From NCBI RefSeq assembly GCF_964213995.1, contig NC_135811.1, positions 48,918,001 to 48,982,000 of the forward strand: a DNA stretch of 64,000 bases. Direction: 5' to 3'. Shown here piece by piece: positions 50,700 through 62,514 of the stretch. Origin of the DNA: Mustelus asterias. Taxonomy: Eukaryota. Positions within the stretch are counted from its first letter, which is position 1, and each line of letters opens with the position of its first letter. The position numbers and the translations under genes are program-made. A model generated the notes under the pieces. The model saw only the letters and a program-made list of their open reading frames with translations. It made no database searches and was not told the origin of the DNA.

Positions 50700-51030
50700 C
50701 CATCACCCTCATGCCCTCATCAGAGGAGAGGTACAGCTCTTCCATCTCATCAGCCAATGCCTCCTCTCCCCTTTTGTAGCACATAGCAAACACTAATGGC
50801 GCATGACACCCTCTGGGGAGTGTACTGGAGTGTTCCGCCAGATCTGTCCACGCACCAAAACCGCACTTTTTTGGATCCCTATGGTGCGTTGCACTAATTC
50901 CAGCTTGCAACAAGTGTTGTACCTTTCTCAGCAGGTGTCTGAGGCTGCCACGTGGGAGATATCGGCCACGTCCTTTCTGGGTAGCTCTTGAACCCTGAGG
51001 AGCAAACCTGGCATCATAAGTCTTTCCTGG
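50700..51030 (-). mobile_element. PIF/Harbinger DDE transposase relic (C-terminal part, frameshifted)
   Basis: Reverse-strand pieces GFKSYPERTWPISPTWQPQTPAEK..YN / QRTIGIQK / RFWCVDRSGGTLQYTPQR match the HARBI1-like motifs GD.GYPL..WLMTP...YN and E.TIG.LK.RFRCLD.SGG.LQY.P. Confidence 0.75.
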
Positions 51031-51822
51031 AAGATGTCAGGGATATAAGACCTACTGAAGATGCAGAAGTCATAGATGATTCTCGGCATCTAGTGAAAAC
51101 CTGCGTGATACATGGTCACAGAACTAGCTAAACCTGGAAGGAATGGAAGCCTTTGCAGTTTTCTCCATTATTAATGCAGTTCAAAACAAAAAGCTCTTCA
51201 TCCTCCTGCACCATGCTGGTCAGGTGATTTCTTTGAAAAGGCGTTGTCCTTCAACAGCAGAAACTCAAGCACTTGAAACCCCTTAACATGTGAAACTAAA
51301 TACTGTGCAAATGACAGCAAATGATAAGAGAACCAGAGTTATACATCAATTAATCTTTTCTCTGGGGCTCAGGTGTTTTCGTACTCTAATGGATGGCTGG
51401 GATCTTAGCCAAGAATACAGAAAGTGGCTTGGGTGAAAGCCTAGAAATCCATTAGCCTGTCTGCGTTCCAGGAAGCAATTACAATCATCATATATGACGT
51501 CTGTTGATAAAACCTGTGTCCACATTCACAAAGTTTTAATTATTTTGAACCTCCTTACATCATCTTCGTGTTCCTTCTTCTCCAGTGTCTTCATTTATCC
51601 AAAATGGCATCAGTCTCCATAAAATGGATTTCCAGCTGATGCCCAAGTTGTGTTTATCAGAATGAAATCTGTGAAATGTAATTCATCAAAATGATTATCA
51701 CTGGCTGGAAACATGACTGACCATCAGAAATTATCTTGCAGATTTTATCACGATAATATTTTGCATCTTGTTAATTCTTCTTAATTACACAAATCAACAA
51801 CACAAACAAAATCTGAGCCACA

Positions 51823-52262
51823 GGGCCCGATTTTACCATTTGGATTCTAAGTGCTGAATATGGACACAATTCAGATCCGACTTGGAAACCTGCTCTCAGG
51901 CGTCCCCATACGCATTCAGCCTGAAAAAAAATCACGGGTCTGAATCGTGCTGTGGGCGGGGCTTATCGCGCCCAAAACGCTGCTGCTCCGATCGGAGCCT
52001 CGAACTGCGCACGCGCGGTGAAAACAAATTTGAAAAACACGCCCCTGTCACATCACTCCCAGGCCACAGAAAGCAGATAAAGCGGCCCGGGAGCGAAAGG
52101 CGGGAGCGATGGCCCCCACAGATATCGCCCCACCCCCACAACATAACTGTCGCCCTCATCCACCCACCCCCCCCACTCCGCTACCCAGATCAATCGCAAC
52201 CCTCTGCCCCCCTTTTCCCCCACCAATCGCCCGCAGGGTGCCAGCGGTTCCCCCCCCCTCCC

Positions 52263-52296
<34 letters not shown>

Positions 52297-52793
52297 CAAC
52301 CCCCCACCAGAAATCCATCTGGTCTTCCTTTCCCTCCTCCTCCCCTCCCGCACCAGAGAAACATCTGACCGGCCTCCCTCCTCCCTCCCCCCCACCAGAG
52401 AATGATCTGGCCCGCCTCCCTCCATCACCCCCACCACGGATCTGAGTGAGAGAGCCGTTGGAAGCTCTGAACTTACCTCTTCAGAAGCTGGAGTGCCCGA
52501 AACAGACCTTTCCGAGCGTGTCCGTTTCGCGCCGAATCTGGACGCACGAACGCGATGGTAAAGTGGGAAATGCTGGTAAAGTTGGGCGGGCAGCCTATTA
52601 AATCAATTTAAATGCATGCAAATGCATTTAAATCGCTGTTGCGCCCTTTCGGGTGCGGTTCGGATCGTGGCCATTTTTGGGCCCTGGTAACGTGGGCATC
52701 TGCTTGGGCGCGGATCGCACTAATCGCCTCACACCTGACTTTACCAAGTTTTCCGCCCGAAAATGGGCACGACGCAATGGTAAAATCGGGCCC
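51823..52793. mobile_element. Non-autonomous PIF/Harbinger-type element (relative of 20012-21178 without the OPA1 insert)
   Basis: Perfect TIR GGGCCCGATTTTACCATT...AATGGTAAAATCGGGCCC. Confidence 0.88.
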
Positions 52794-53671
52794 ATTGATT
52801 CATTTATTGGATATTTTAGAATACAATCTCTGAATATACAATTACAATTGAAATCACTGTTTATAAAATCAGTATCTGCAACCATTGTGTTTTATTATTT
52901 TTAACCCAATTTAACCCATTTTTATATCCTTTAACCTTTCCCCATTTACTGCTTCCCCCTTCAGTGAGATGGTGACAGTCGGTAGAAAATGGTCTTTCCC
53001 GGGTATTGTCCGAGCTGCTCTGTGTTGGCCAGTGAGAGTCTGGGATGGTTTGATGAAGAGTTGGTGAAGCTGACAAGTTACAGGACAGGGAGACTCCCAG
53101 TGACAGAGACTGAGATCTGAATGAACGCTCTGGATGGGAGTCTGATCGTCTGTCAGCAAATCCTCAGAGCAACAGAATCAAGAGTTGCTTTATCTGAAGG
53201 GGCTGCACTGACTGTTGGCCCTTTCTCCAGTGTCACATGTGGAAAGCCTTTCACCCAATGGGCAACTTTCCTGAGAAGAGGCAGCAAGTGAGAGATCGGG
53301 TGGCAGAGTGGTTTTATTATACCCACTACAGGTTGGATTGGATATTGTTATTACACTGTCATTACCATCAGCAGAGTATAAATCACACAGAGTTCACTGA
53401 AGCTTAAAATACCAGCTCGAATATTTTCCTATTAAAATCACAAAACAAATGAAGATCCAAACAAAACATACTTTAATCTATATTTGGCCATCAGTTTATA
53501 TCTATCTCCCAGTTATCTAGGTTACGTTAGAATTTGATGGAGGTGATTTTAAATCTCCCCACTTGGTGATAACTGTGTGAAACTGCTCACCCAAAGTGGG
53601 CGGGGTCCTCATTAACATACACGGACTGGGCTCCAGTATCAGAGACATCAATACATTTTCCAAAAATGTGT

Positions 53672-56402
53672 TTAGTTTTCATTGGGAGAGTGATTGTCAT
53701 CCTCGATGGAAAGGCGTAATTCACAAAGAGCACTTAGATATGTTTCATTGTCAGGATCAAACTCCAAAGCCTTTTCAAAGCATTTAATAGCTTCACATCT
53801 CTCCCCATCCAGCTGGTGCAGGAACCCATAAACACCAAGGGCCTTGCTTTCTCTCGGATTCCGGCGAAGGTGTCTTGCTGCTATCATCTCCAGGTTTTCT
53901 CGACACTTTTTCTGTTCTATTGAGTCATAATTGACTTTCATTCCTTCCAGAAAATGGGCGATAGCATTTGATTCTGATTTAATGTGATTTAGTTCAAATA
54001 ACCCAGCCTGTAAACATATTGCCTGTTTATTCTCTGGACGTATACCCTTCAGTGTCAGTAAGTGGTTATAGATCTCTTTTGCTTTGCGATATTCTTCATT
54101 TAATGAACAGATTCCTACAAAAACCAGGTGTGCCTTAATAGATGTTAATGGTCGGTTTTCAAAAGCTTTTTGAAAATGAAACTTGCACAGTTTGATCAGT
54201 TCAGCTCTTTGTTGAAGAGCAGCATTGCGAGGACCTTTGCTGTCTGGATATTTCATCAGTTCGTCCAATTTTGTTCTGTAACACACACCTACTTGATGGT
54301 GTAAGAAGGTAGAGTTTGGGGTCATTTCTAATCCTTTCTTCACCAATTCCATCGATTTTTCCATATCTCCTTTTTTCCTGTAAAAAATTGCTGCATAACG
54401 AAGCACAAATGAAAGATCAGGGGATTTCTGCAACGCTTCTTCAACTAACTTAACTCCTTCTTCCTTCTGATTGAACTGTTGTAGTTTTAGAGCCAGCAGC
54501 ACCATGGCTACAGTGTGATCTGGATCAAGCTCCAGCACACGTCTCCACTGCTTCACTGATTCAACTGGTCAACAATTTTCTAGAGTTCCAGGAAATTGCT
54601 CCAGGCGAAACAGAGCAGTCGCGTATTCAACATTCCAATCAATATTATCCGTATCTTCCTCCAGAGCCTTTATAAAACATTCCTTTGCTTCTTCATAATA
54701 TTGAGCTGCCATTTTCAGCAGTGACCAACCCTTCTCCCCGTACACTTCAGGTATCATTGCTGTATACCGAGAGGCATCAGGAAATTGTTGACAGATCCTC
54801 TCCAGTTTGTCGAGGTAGGACTGAGCCTCTGTCAGTTGTGTCCCATGCGATAATTGACCCAGGCACGGTTTCCATAGGTGACGATGATTCTTTTTTCAAA
54901 TTCATCTTCATGATTCTCCCTCAGAATCTTTTCAGCTTCCTGTAAGTTTTGGATCGCCTCCTCACAGTTTCCTTGCAGACAGTTTACAAAAGCGAGTTGG
55001 TTGTAAGACGTGGCTCAATATATCACATCAAGCTGTATTGAATCTTCTAATCTTTGCTTCATATCATCCAAGTCAATGTTTTCTTTCTGTGGCGCCCACG
55101 TGAAGTGACATTGAAGCTGATCGAGCTTCACTTTCAACAAATCCTTCTCTTGGTCACTGCAAGAGAAAGAAAAATCATCAAAACCCATCTCAGACTAACT
55201 GAAACAGGCTCTTCTCCCTCAATCCATTTTTTTTAGCTAATAACTGTTACTGACTCCTGGATTCAATGGCCATGAACCCTCTAGTCGAGGAACGATGGTT
55301 TCTGCACATGAAGCTCCAAAAGGAAATTGATTTCTCAATTCAGCTTTCTGTTGAAAAGCAGGATTGTGAGGATCTTCACTGCCTAGATCAGTTTTTTTCA
55401 TTTTGGTCCTGTAACACTGACCTATTTGTCCATATGGTGTAAGAAGGTGGAGTGTGAGCTAATTTCCGATTTTAATTTGCGCCCTTGGCTATTCAGTTCA
55501 AACTACAACCACTGTCCTTTTGCGTCAGTTTACGTCAGTTTTCTTACCCTCTACAGTCATTTTCATTTTCAGCAAGTCATTTTCCTTCTCTTACCCATTT
55601 TAACTGGAATTCCTAATCTAAGTCCCATAATACAATCCCTATAACATTGAGCCAGGGACCCAGGTTCGACTCCCGGCTTGGATCACTGTCTGCGCAGAGT
55701 CTGCATGTTCTCTCCGTGTCTGCGTGGGTTTCCTCCGGGTGCTCGGGTTTCCTCCCACAGTCTAAATACGTGCTGTTTAGGTACATTGGCCATGCTACAT
55801 TCTCCCCCAGTGTACCCGAACAGGAACTGGAACGTGGTGCCTCGGGGATTTTCACAGTAACTTCATTGCAGTGTTAATGAAAGCCTACTTGTGACACTAA
55901 TAAATAAACTTTTAACTTTTAACATTCACTCCTGTCCAACACAGTTCATGCTGTGCTCTCCCTTTAACTTTATGTTTCTGATTGCTTTCTGTTATGTGTA
56001 CATAAGTGCTGAAAATCACAATTTCACATGAGTAAACCCTATCCAGATTACCTTGGACTGGAAATTATTTGTTTCCCTTCACAGACTGCAAACGAGCAGA
56101 GGGCACTGACAGGACACAAGTATAAGATCTGATCTTGTACATCAATGGAGATCAAATGGCAACCTTTTAATTTGAATTTGAATGGTTAACCAGTATAAAG
56201 AAACGAACAAATCTGTTTCCTGATCGTCGCTAATCTTGGCCCAGCATCACACCTTCTCGCTGTCAATGAATAATTCCAGCTTTACACATTTTGACTGCTT
56301 TGCGATTGCATGCTAATTTCTTTCTGAAAGCCAGCTCCTCACTCAAGAGCCTGCACACAAATATCAATACCAAAGAAGTTCCCATCATCCTTACCTCATC
56401 AT
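53672..56402 (-). pseudogene. IFIT-family (IFIT5/IFIT1-like TPR) pseudogene, copy 1: exon 1 ATGATGAG (56402-56395), exon 2 55156-53672
   Basis: ATGAG|GTAAGG micro-exon and TTGCAG|T acceptor; SDQEKDLLKVKLDQLQCHFTW...YNQLAFV...VTYGNRAWVNY...EVYGEKGWSLLK...LELDPDH...VLRYAA.FYR..G...LHHQVGVCYR. Lesions: TGA 55017-55015, 2-nt insertion ~54839-54840, TGA 54571-54569. Confidence 0.92.
55650..55922 (+). mobile_element. HE1-like V-SINE (type B) in the IFIT copy 1 intron
   Basis: B-box GGTTCGACTCCC, core and type B tail. Confidence 0.88.
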
Positions 56403-56535
56403 GCTGATCAGATGGGAGATGGTTTGGATTCCTGTTTCAGCTTCAGCTCCACTTGCAACGGTGAGTTGGTCGCGAAGGGTGTTTGGTTTGTTGTTTCTCA
56501 GCTTTCTTTTGTAATCAGTCCCGTGGTGAATCGCT

Positions 56536-56612
56536 TGACGTCATTTCCTGAATGTGAATCGGAACCTAACCAAGGAAATATAACTGAAAAACAACATTTC
56601 CCTCCAGGAAAC
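56536..56612 (-). promoter_or_regulatory. IFIT copy 1 proximal promoter: perfect CRE, degenerate IRF site, STAT-like motifs
   Basis: TGACGTCA at 56536-56543; TTCCTGAA; GAATCGGAACCT where copy 2 has GAATCGAAACTG; CTCCAGGAA. Confidence 0.45.
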
Positions 56613-57353
56613 AGTGCTGTCTGCTCAGTGACCGTTGTGTGTTCAAACAGAAGTCCATGGAGCCACCGAGCCATGGGAAATGCCCATGAGGAAAATATCT
56701 CAAACAGCCCAAAAGCCTTTGATGCTCTCCACTTGCCCTCCTCCGACACACTTATACCATGTGCTTCAAAGCAATCTCATGTTGATTTGCCATGTGCATG
56801 TGGAATATTAATGTTCAATTTGATCATCTGGTCAAATACATATCGAACTTCTTTAAAAGGATTTTGTATAGCTTGCAAAGACCTTGTCTTAAGATGGCTG
56901 CCACAGGTCACCTGGCACATCTGTTATTACAAATTGATTACAAGTTGCTGGAAGTTTCCACCGTGTTGAGACCCTGCCAAGGCAAATTTCCTATGAAATT
57001 TAGCACCTGCTGAATTCAAGAATTACTTCAAAATGAACTGAAACTTGTGACTGGTTCTTGTCACTTGCATTTCTATAAAACTTCCTTTGAGGCAGAAACA
57101 GAAGATCTGCTGGAACATGACTGAGAGAGGTCCTGTGACCAGAATCAACATTTTGAAATGCCTTTCTGGACAACATTCTCTTTGCTTTGGGCAGTCAAGA
57201 AAAAGAAGTCTGCAAATTGATAACACCACCTTCTCCCTTCTTTCTCAAGTTTGGAGCCCTACCTCTGATACATTTTGGAATCCTGCACAGAGCTGGAGAT
57301 GTTCAATTGAAATGAACCTCAGCTATAATAGCACCATCCTTCGTAAAAGCAAA

Positions 57354-59885
57354 TTATGAACAGATCTCTGCAAAAAGCAAGTGTGGTTTAATAGATGTTA
57401 ATGGTCGGCTTTCAAAAGCTTTTTGAAAATGAAACTTGCATAGTTTGATCAGTTCAGCTCTTTGTTGAAGAGCAGCATTGCAAGGACCTTTGCTGTCTGG
57501 ATATTTCATCAGTTCATACAACCTGGTTCTGTAGCACAGACCTATTTGATGGTGTAAGAAGGTAGAGTTTGGGGTAATTTCTAATCCTTTCTTCAACAGA
57601 TCCACAGCTTTTTCCACATCTCCTTTTGTTCTGTAAAACTTTGCAGCATAACGAAGCACGTATGGAAGATCAGGGGATTTCTGCAACGCTTCCTCAATGA
57701 ATTTCAGTGCTTCTTCCTTCTGATAGAACTGTTGTAGTTTTAGAGCCAGCAGCACCATGGCTACAGTGTGATCTGGATCAAGCTCCAGCACACGTCTCAA
57801 CTGCTTCATTGCTTCACTGGGCCCACGACTCTCTGGGGTACCAGAAAACCATTCCAGACGAAACAGAACAGTCGCATATCCAACATTCCATTCCGTGTTA
57901 TCCGGATCTTCCTCCAGAGCCTTTTTAAAACATTCCATTGCATCTTCATAATATTGACTCGTACAATTCAGCAGTGACCAACCCTTCTCCCCGTACACTT
58001 CAGGTATCATTGCTGTATACCGAGAGGCATCAGGAAATTGTTGACAGATCCTCTCCAGTTTGTCGAGGTAGGACTGAGCCTCTGTCAGTTGTCCCATGTG
58101 ATAATTGACCCAGGCACGATTTCCATAGGTGACGATGATTCTTTTTTCAAATTCATCTTCATTATTCTCCCTCAGAATCTCTTCAGTTCCCTGTAAGTTT
58201 TGAATCGCCTCCTCACAGTTTCCTTGCAGACAGTTTACAAAAGCGAGTTGGTTGTAAGACGTGGCTCAATATATCACATCAAGCTGTATTGAATCTTCTA
58301 ATCTTTGCTTCATATCATCCAAGTCAATGTTTTCTTTCTGTGGCGCTCACGTGAAATGACATTGAAGCCAATCGAGCTTCACTTTCAACAAATCCTTCTC
58401 TTGGTCACTGCAAGAGAAAAAAAATCATCAAAACCCATCTCAGACTAACTGAGACACCTCCTCCCATTTGGTTTTTGAAGCATTCTCCTGATTCCTGGAC
58501 TCAGTAAATACTCTGGTCACAAGAGATGGTCTCTGCACACCACCTGCAAGTTCTCCTCCAAGACATTCACTATCCTGACCTGGAAATATATTGGCCGTTC
58601 TTTTGCAGTCGCTGGGTCAAAATCCTGGAATTCCCTTCCTAACGGCATTTGGGTCAAACCATAGCACATGGGCTGCAGCATTTCAAGAAGGCTGGTCACC
58701 GCCACCTTCTCAAGGGCAACCAGGGATGGGCAATAAATGCTGGCCAGCCAGCGACACCCATGTCCCACCAATGAATAAAAAGATAGGAAATGTGAGGACT
58801 ACACCGCTTCCTCATATTTCCTTCATGGTGACTGTTGTATTAGCTCCTGGTCTGTTAGTCACTGTTCAGTAACACCACAACCACCTCCTCTCACAATGAC
58901 ATGAACAGGAGCATTATCTGAATTTCTGTCTTACATTTGCCCAGTGCATCTCCCTGTTTTTCTTGCATTCTAATCTGCAATAAGAGCATCCTCACTACAT
59001 TGTGCATGTTAATTCTAAAACACTTCCCCTTTCATTCCCAGTCCGCAGGGAAGCCTCAAGACCAGGAAGTCCGCTTTGCAGACAAAGGTGACAAGGGGTG
59101 GATTGGGGCTTGTGGATGAGATGATGGAGGGTGATTGATCCAAAAGAGGGGGAAATTCAGGCTTGGACATGTGACTACAAAACAGGATTAACTTAGTGAT
59201 CGGGACAATTTATTGGCAAAATGCAAAGACCCCTTGAATTTGCATTGCAAGTGTAGATTGTTGTATGTATATTGTTTTTACAGAAGCTATGTGACTTGTA
59301 TATGCTGTATCCAATCAAAACAATCCACCAACATGGAGGGTGAGGCTGAATGGCCTATTTCTGTCTTGCACGTACCATGCAATCAATTCTGCCTCCTGTG
59401 CTGTCAATATAATTTCTCCTTTCCAGTGTTGCCTTGGGCAGGCATCCTTAAATATTCACATGCAAGTCACATATAAGCTGCTAGTTACTGTACTTGAACT
59501 GGGAGTGAATTGCTAGCCTTTATTCAATGTGTAATGTAACACCACACAATCTGTGTTGTTAGTAATTCATTTGCCTTCTGAATAATAGTTACCAATAAAA
59601 TAGCTTTGGAAAGTGAGTAGGTGCGTGCTTCATTGAGATTCGAACTAATTCATTGATTTGAATTATTAATCAATAACAATTAAAAAAATATCTTCCTATT
59701 GTTTTATGCTTTACAACAATCAGTGGCCTTGGTAAGCAAAACACCCTCTCACAGCGAATAAATAATTCCTGGTCTGTGTTCCAACTGCTTTGTAAAAGTA
59801 TGCTAGTTTCTGAAAACAAGCTCTGGGTTCAGTCGTCTACACACCGGTGTCAATACTAAAGCAATTCTGATGAGCTTTACCTCAT
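57354..59885 (-). pseudogene. IFIT-family pseudogene, copy 2, 3'-truncated: exon 1 ATGAG (59885-59881), exon 2 58407-57354
   Basis: ATGAG|GTAAAG; acceptor equivalent to copy 1; CHFT* (TGG>TGA 58349-58347); TGA 58268-58266. ORF 58097-57354 is TPR-rich, and similarity to copy 1 ends abruptly at ...EICS*. Confidence 0.92.
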
Positions 59886-60038
59886 AATGTTGATCAAATG
59901 GGGAATGGGTCGAGTTCCTGTCTCAGCTTCACCCCTGCTTGAAGTGATGAGTTGATCGAGGACAGTGTTGGGTTTGTTACACTCTTTAGCTCATTAATTG
60001 ATCCAGTCATGAATTGCTTGAGATCATTTCCTAAATGT

Positions 60039-60075
60039 GAATCGAAACTGAAGCGACGCAATGAAAAACAGAAAC
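60039..60075. promoter_or_regulatory. ISRE/IRF-like elements of IFIT copy 2
   Basis: GAATCGAAACTGAAG (60039-60053) and GAAAAACAGAAAC (60063-60075) contain AANNGAAA cores 155-190 bp upstream of the ATG, as expected for an IFIT promoter. Confidence 0.6.
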
Positions 60076-60086
60076 AGATTTTCTAT

Positions 60087-60569
60087 TGAAGAAGGGAACG
60101 GGTTAATGAACTTTGTAATACTTAAAGATTTGTGCACCCCTGTAACCTTGTATGCCCAGTTAACTTGTTTGTGCAAGTTTGTAATCTTGTATGCTGGCTA
60201 AACAAACCACAGGTGTCGAGATGCGATAACGGCTAATCACTAAAGAAGACCAATATTGTGACAATAGAGGAACAGAACAGAGACAGTCGCGGCCTTGAGA
60301 CAGCTACGATTACACGGACTACGCAAAGGACGAAACTGCTGCAGCAGCAATAACTACATGATGGAGGACGAACCATGACAGACATCTTGGAGAACTGCGG
60401 ACGTGACTCAGGGCGGGAACTGGGATGTATAAAAATCTACTCTTATTTGTGTTCGGGGAGAAGTCTGGTGAACCGCTTTAGGAACCAGGCTTCTCCCAAA
60501 AGTTTTTGCAATAAAGCCACTGTACTTTGACTCACTGATAGTCTCAGAGGTATTATTTTACCGACAACA
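60087..60569 (+). mobile_element. Solo LTR (483 bp), ERV-like, 4-bp TSD
   Basis: CTAT|TGAAG...ACAACA|CTAT; internal GGGCGG, TATAAAA (~60428) and AATAAA (~60510) in U3-R-U5 order. Confidence 0.85.
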
Positions 60570-60955
60570 CTATCCAGGAAAGAAAATGGAACTGTAAACC
60601 ATTCTTCCCATTCGCAAAAGCGCGATGCCAATTATGTTTGAGATGGATCTCCATGGAACTAATTCTAAACAAAGGCCAGTTTATAGCGTTAGATAAAAGA
60701 TCACGGCTCAAATGCCTCTACCTCATCCATCAGTTACCTCTTGTGGTCTTTTGGACACACACAATTTGCTTCAATGGAGAGCACTGGATGTGGATCAGAC
60801 CAATGTCATGTGACACCATCCCACTCATGCTTGAGGTGGTCTCCTCCATTCTCTCCTCCATCATGCTCCATGTGTTTGGAAAGTTTATAAATCGCATTGT
60901 ACATTCTCTGCTGCTCCTCAGGGATTAGCTTTCTCATCAATAGCTCCAGGGCTTC

Positions 60956-61248
60956 TTAAAAGTTTACAGTTTATTTATTAGTCACAAGTAAGGCTTACAT
61001 TAACACTGCAATGAAGTTACCGTGAAATTCTCCTAGTCGCCACTTTCTGGTGCCTGTTTGGGTCAATGCACCTAACCAACCCATCTTTCAGACTGTGGGA
61101 GGAAACCGGAGCACCCGGAGGAAACCCACGCAGACACAGGGAAGAATATGCACACTCCACACAGACAGTGACCCAAGCCGGGAATTGAACCCGGGCCCTG
61201 GCGCTGAGGGGCAGCAGTGCTGAGGGGCACTGTGCCACCGTGCCGCCC
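60956..61248 (-). mobile_element. HE1-like V-SINE (type B)
   Basis: Full head, core and tail on the reverse strand. Confidence 0.9.
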
Positions 61249-61329
61249 TTGGCAACTTGGTGATGGCTTCCTGATATACTGACTTTATATCACTGACTTT
61301 TAAAATCCCACTCACTTCCAAACCTATCA

Positions 61330-62510
61330 AGGGTTAACATCAGGAACACCTAATACTGATGTAACTTCTGATGTAACTATGATGCAGTGTCAAAAGATTA
61401 GGTAACTGTGATCCAGAGGGAAAGAGAAGAACAACCTCGTGTAGAATTACTGAGCTGTGCAGAGACCTGTAGCTATAATAAAAATGGTTTTTACCAACCA
61501 GCCTCAAGTAGCTTTCTCAGGGGAACAGAAATATCCTAAAATATCCCATCCAGACCCCAATCACAAGATGAAACATGGTGGTAGCCAACAGTGAGTAAAA
61601 ACTCCAGAAAAACTTCTGGCCTGCAGACCGGATAGACCTACACATCCTTGGAAACAGAAAAAGAGGACAATTGATTGAAGACTCAGCTGAGAATTCAGAG
61701 AATTGTGGGTGTGGTAGTTAAAGTTAATTTATTAGTGTCACAAGTGGGCTTACATTAACACTGCAATGAAGTTACTGTGAAATTCCCTGAGTCGCCACAG
61801 TCCGGCACCTGTTGAGGTCAATGCACCTAACCAGCACGACTTTCAGAATGTGGGAGGAAACCGGAGCACCTGGAGGAAATCCACGCAGACATGGGGAGAA
61901 CGTGCAAACTCCGAACATATAATGACCCAAGCCGGGAATCGAACTCAGGACTCTGGCGCTGTGAGGCAGCAGTGCTAACCACTGTGCCGCTGTGCCACCC
62001 ATTGAGCAACCATTATTCTAGAAGATGAAAGAAAAACAGAGTGAATGCATGGATCAATATATAAATAGTCTGTACAGGCTAGCATAAAATTGTGAATATA
62101 GGATCCTCAGAGATTGAGCAATACATGCTCACATAATAGTTGGACCCTTAGATAAAACTGTATTAGATCTCTTACAAATAAGGGAAGGTTTAATTCTCAC
62201 CAAAGCAGTAAAGTTGATGAACAGACTGAGCTTAGAATGTAAAATTGAGCAGTCGCTCATGGGGAAAAGAATGAGTGAGACCATTCATTAAGTTGTACAG
62301 AAAAGAGAAAGCTTGTTGAAACATGAGCCTATTAAAGTGGGGAAAGTTGAACTAACCGCCATCTTGGAATGCTCTTGGTGTGGTGGGAAAGCCCTGCTTA
62401 AGCGGAAAGAATGCTTGGTAGAGGAGCAGAGTTCCATGCCTGTGGAAAGATAGGATATACAATTTAGATGACATGGTGATCTAAAGTACAAGTAGCCCTC
62501 AACAAGAAAG
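61330..62510 (+). mobile_element. Degenerate Ty3/Gypsy fragment (LTR end, PBS, gag), interrupted by a V-SINE at ~61717-62000
   Basis: AATAAA...AACA|TGGTGG(T)AGC PBS-like; gag remnant MDQYINSLYRLA*NCEY..LRD..I..HIIVG..D....LQ....L.LTKAV; knuckle remnant CSWCGG. Confidence 0.65.
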
Positions 62511-62514
62511 AGAA

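Noticed and set aside
53672-58407. In-frame TGA codons in the IFIT genes as selenocysteine or programmed readthrough
   Set aside because: The stops replace the CHFTW Trp, a Gly-aligned position and a probable basic residue rather than Cys. Copy 1 also has a 2-nt frameshift and copy 2 is truncated, so ordinary decay explains them.
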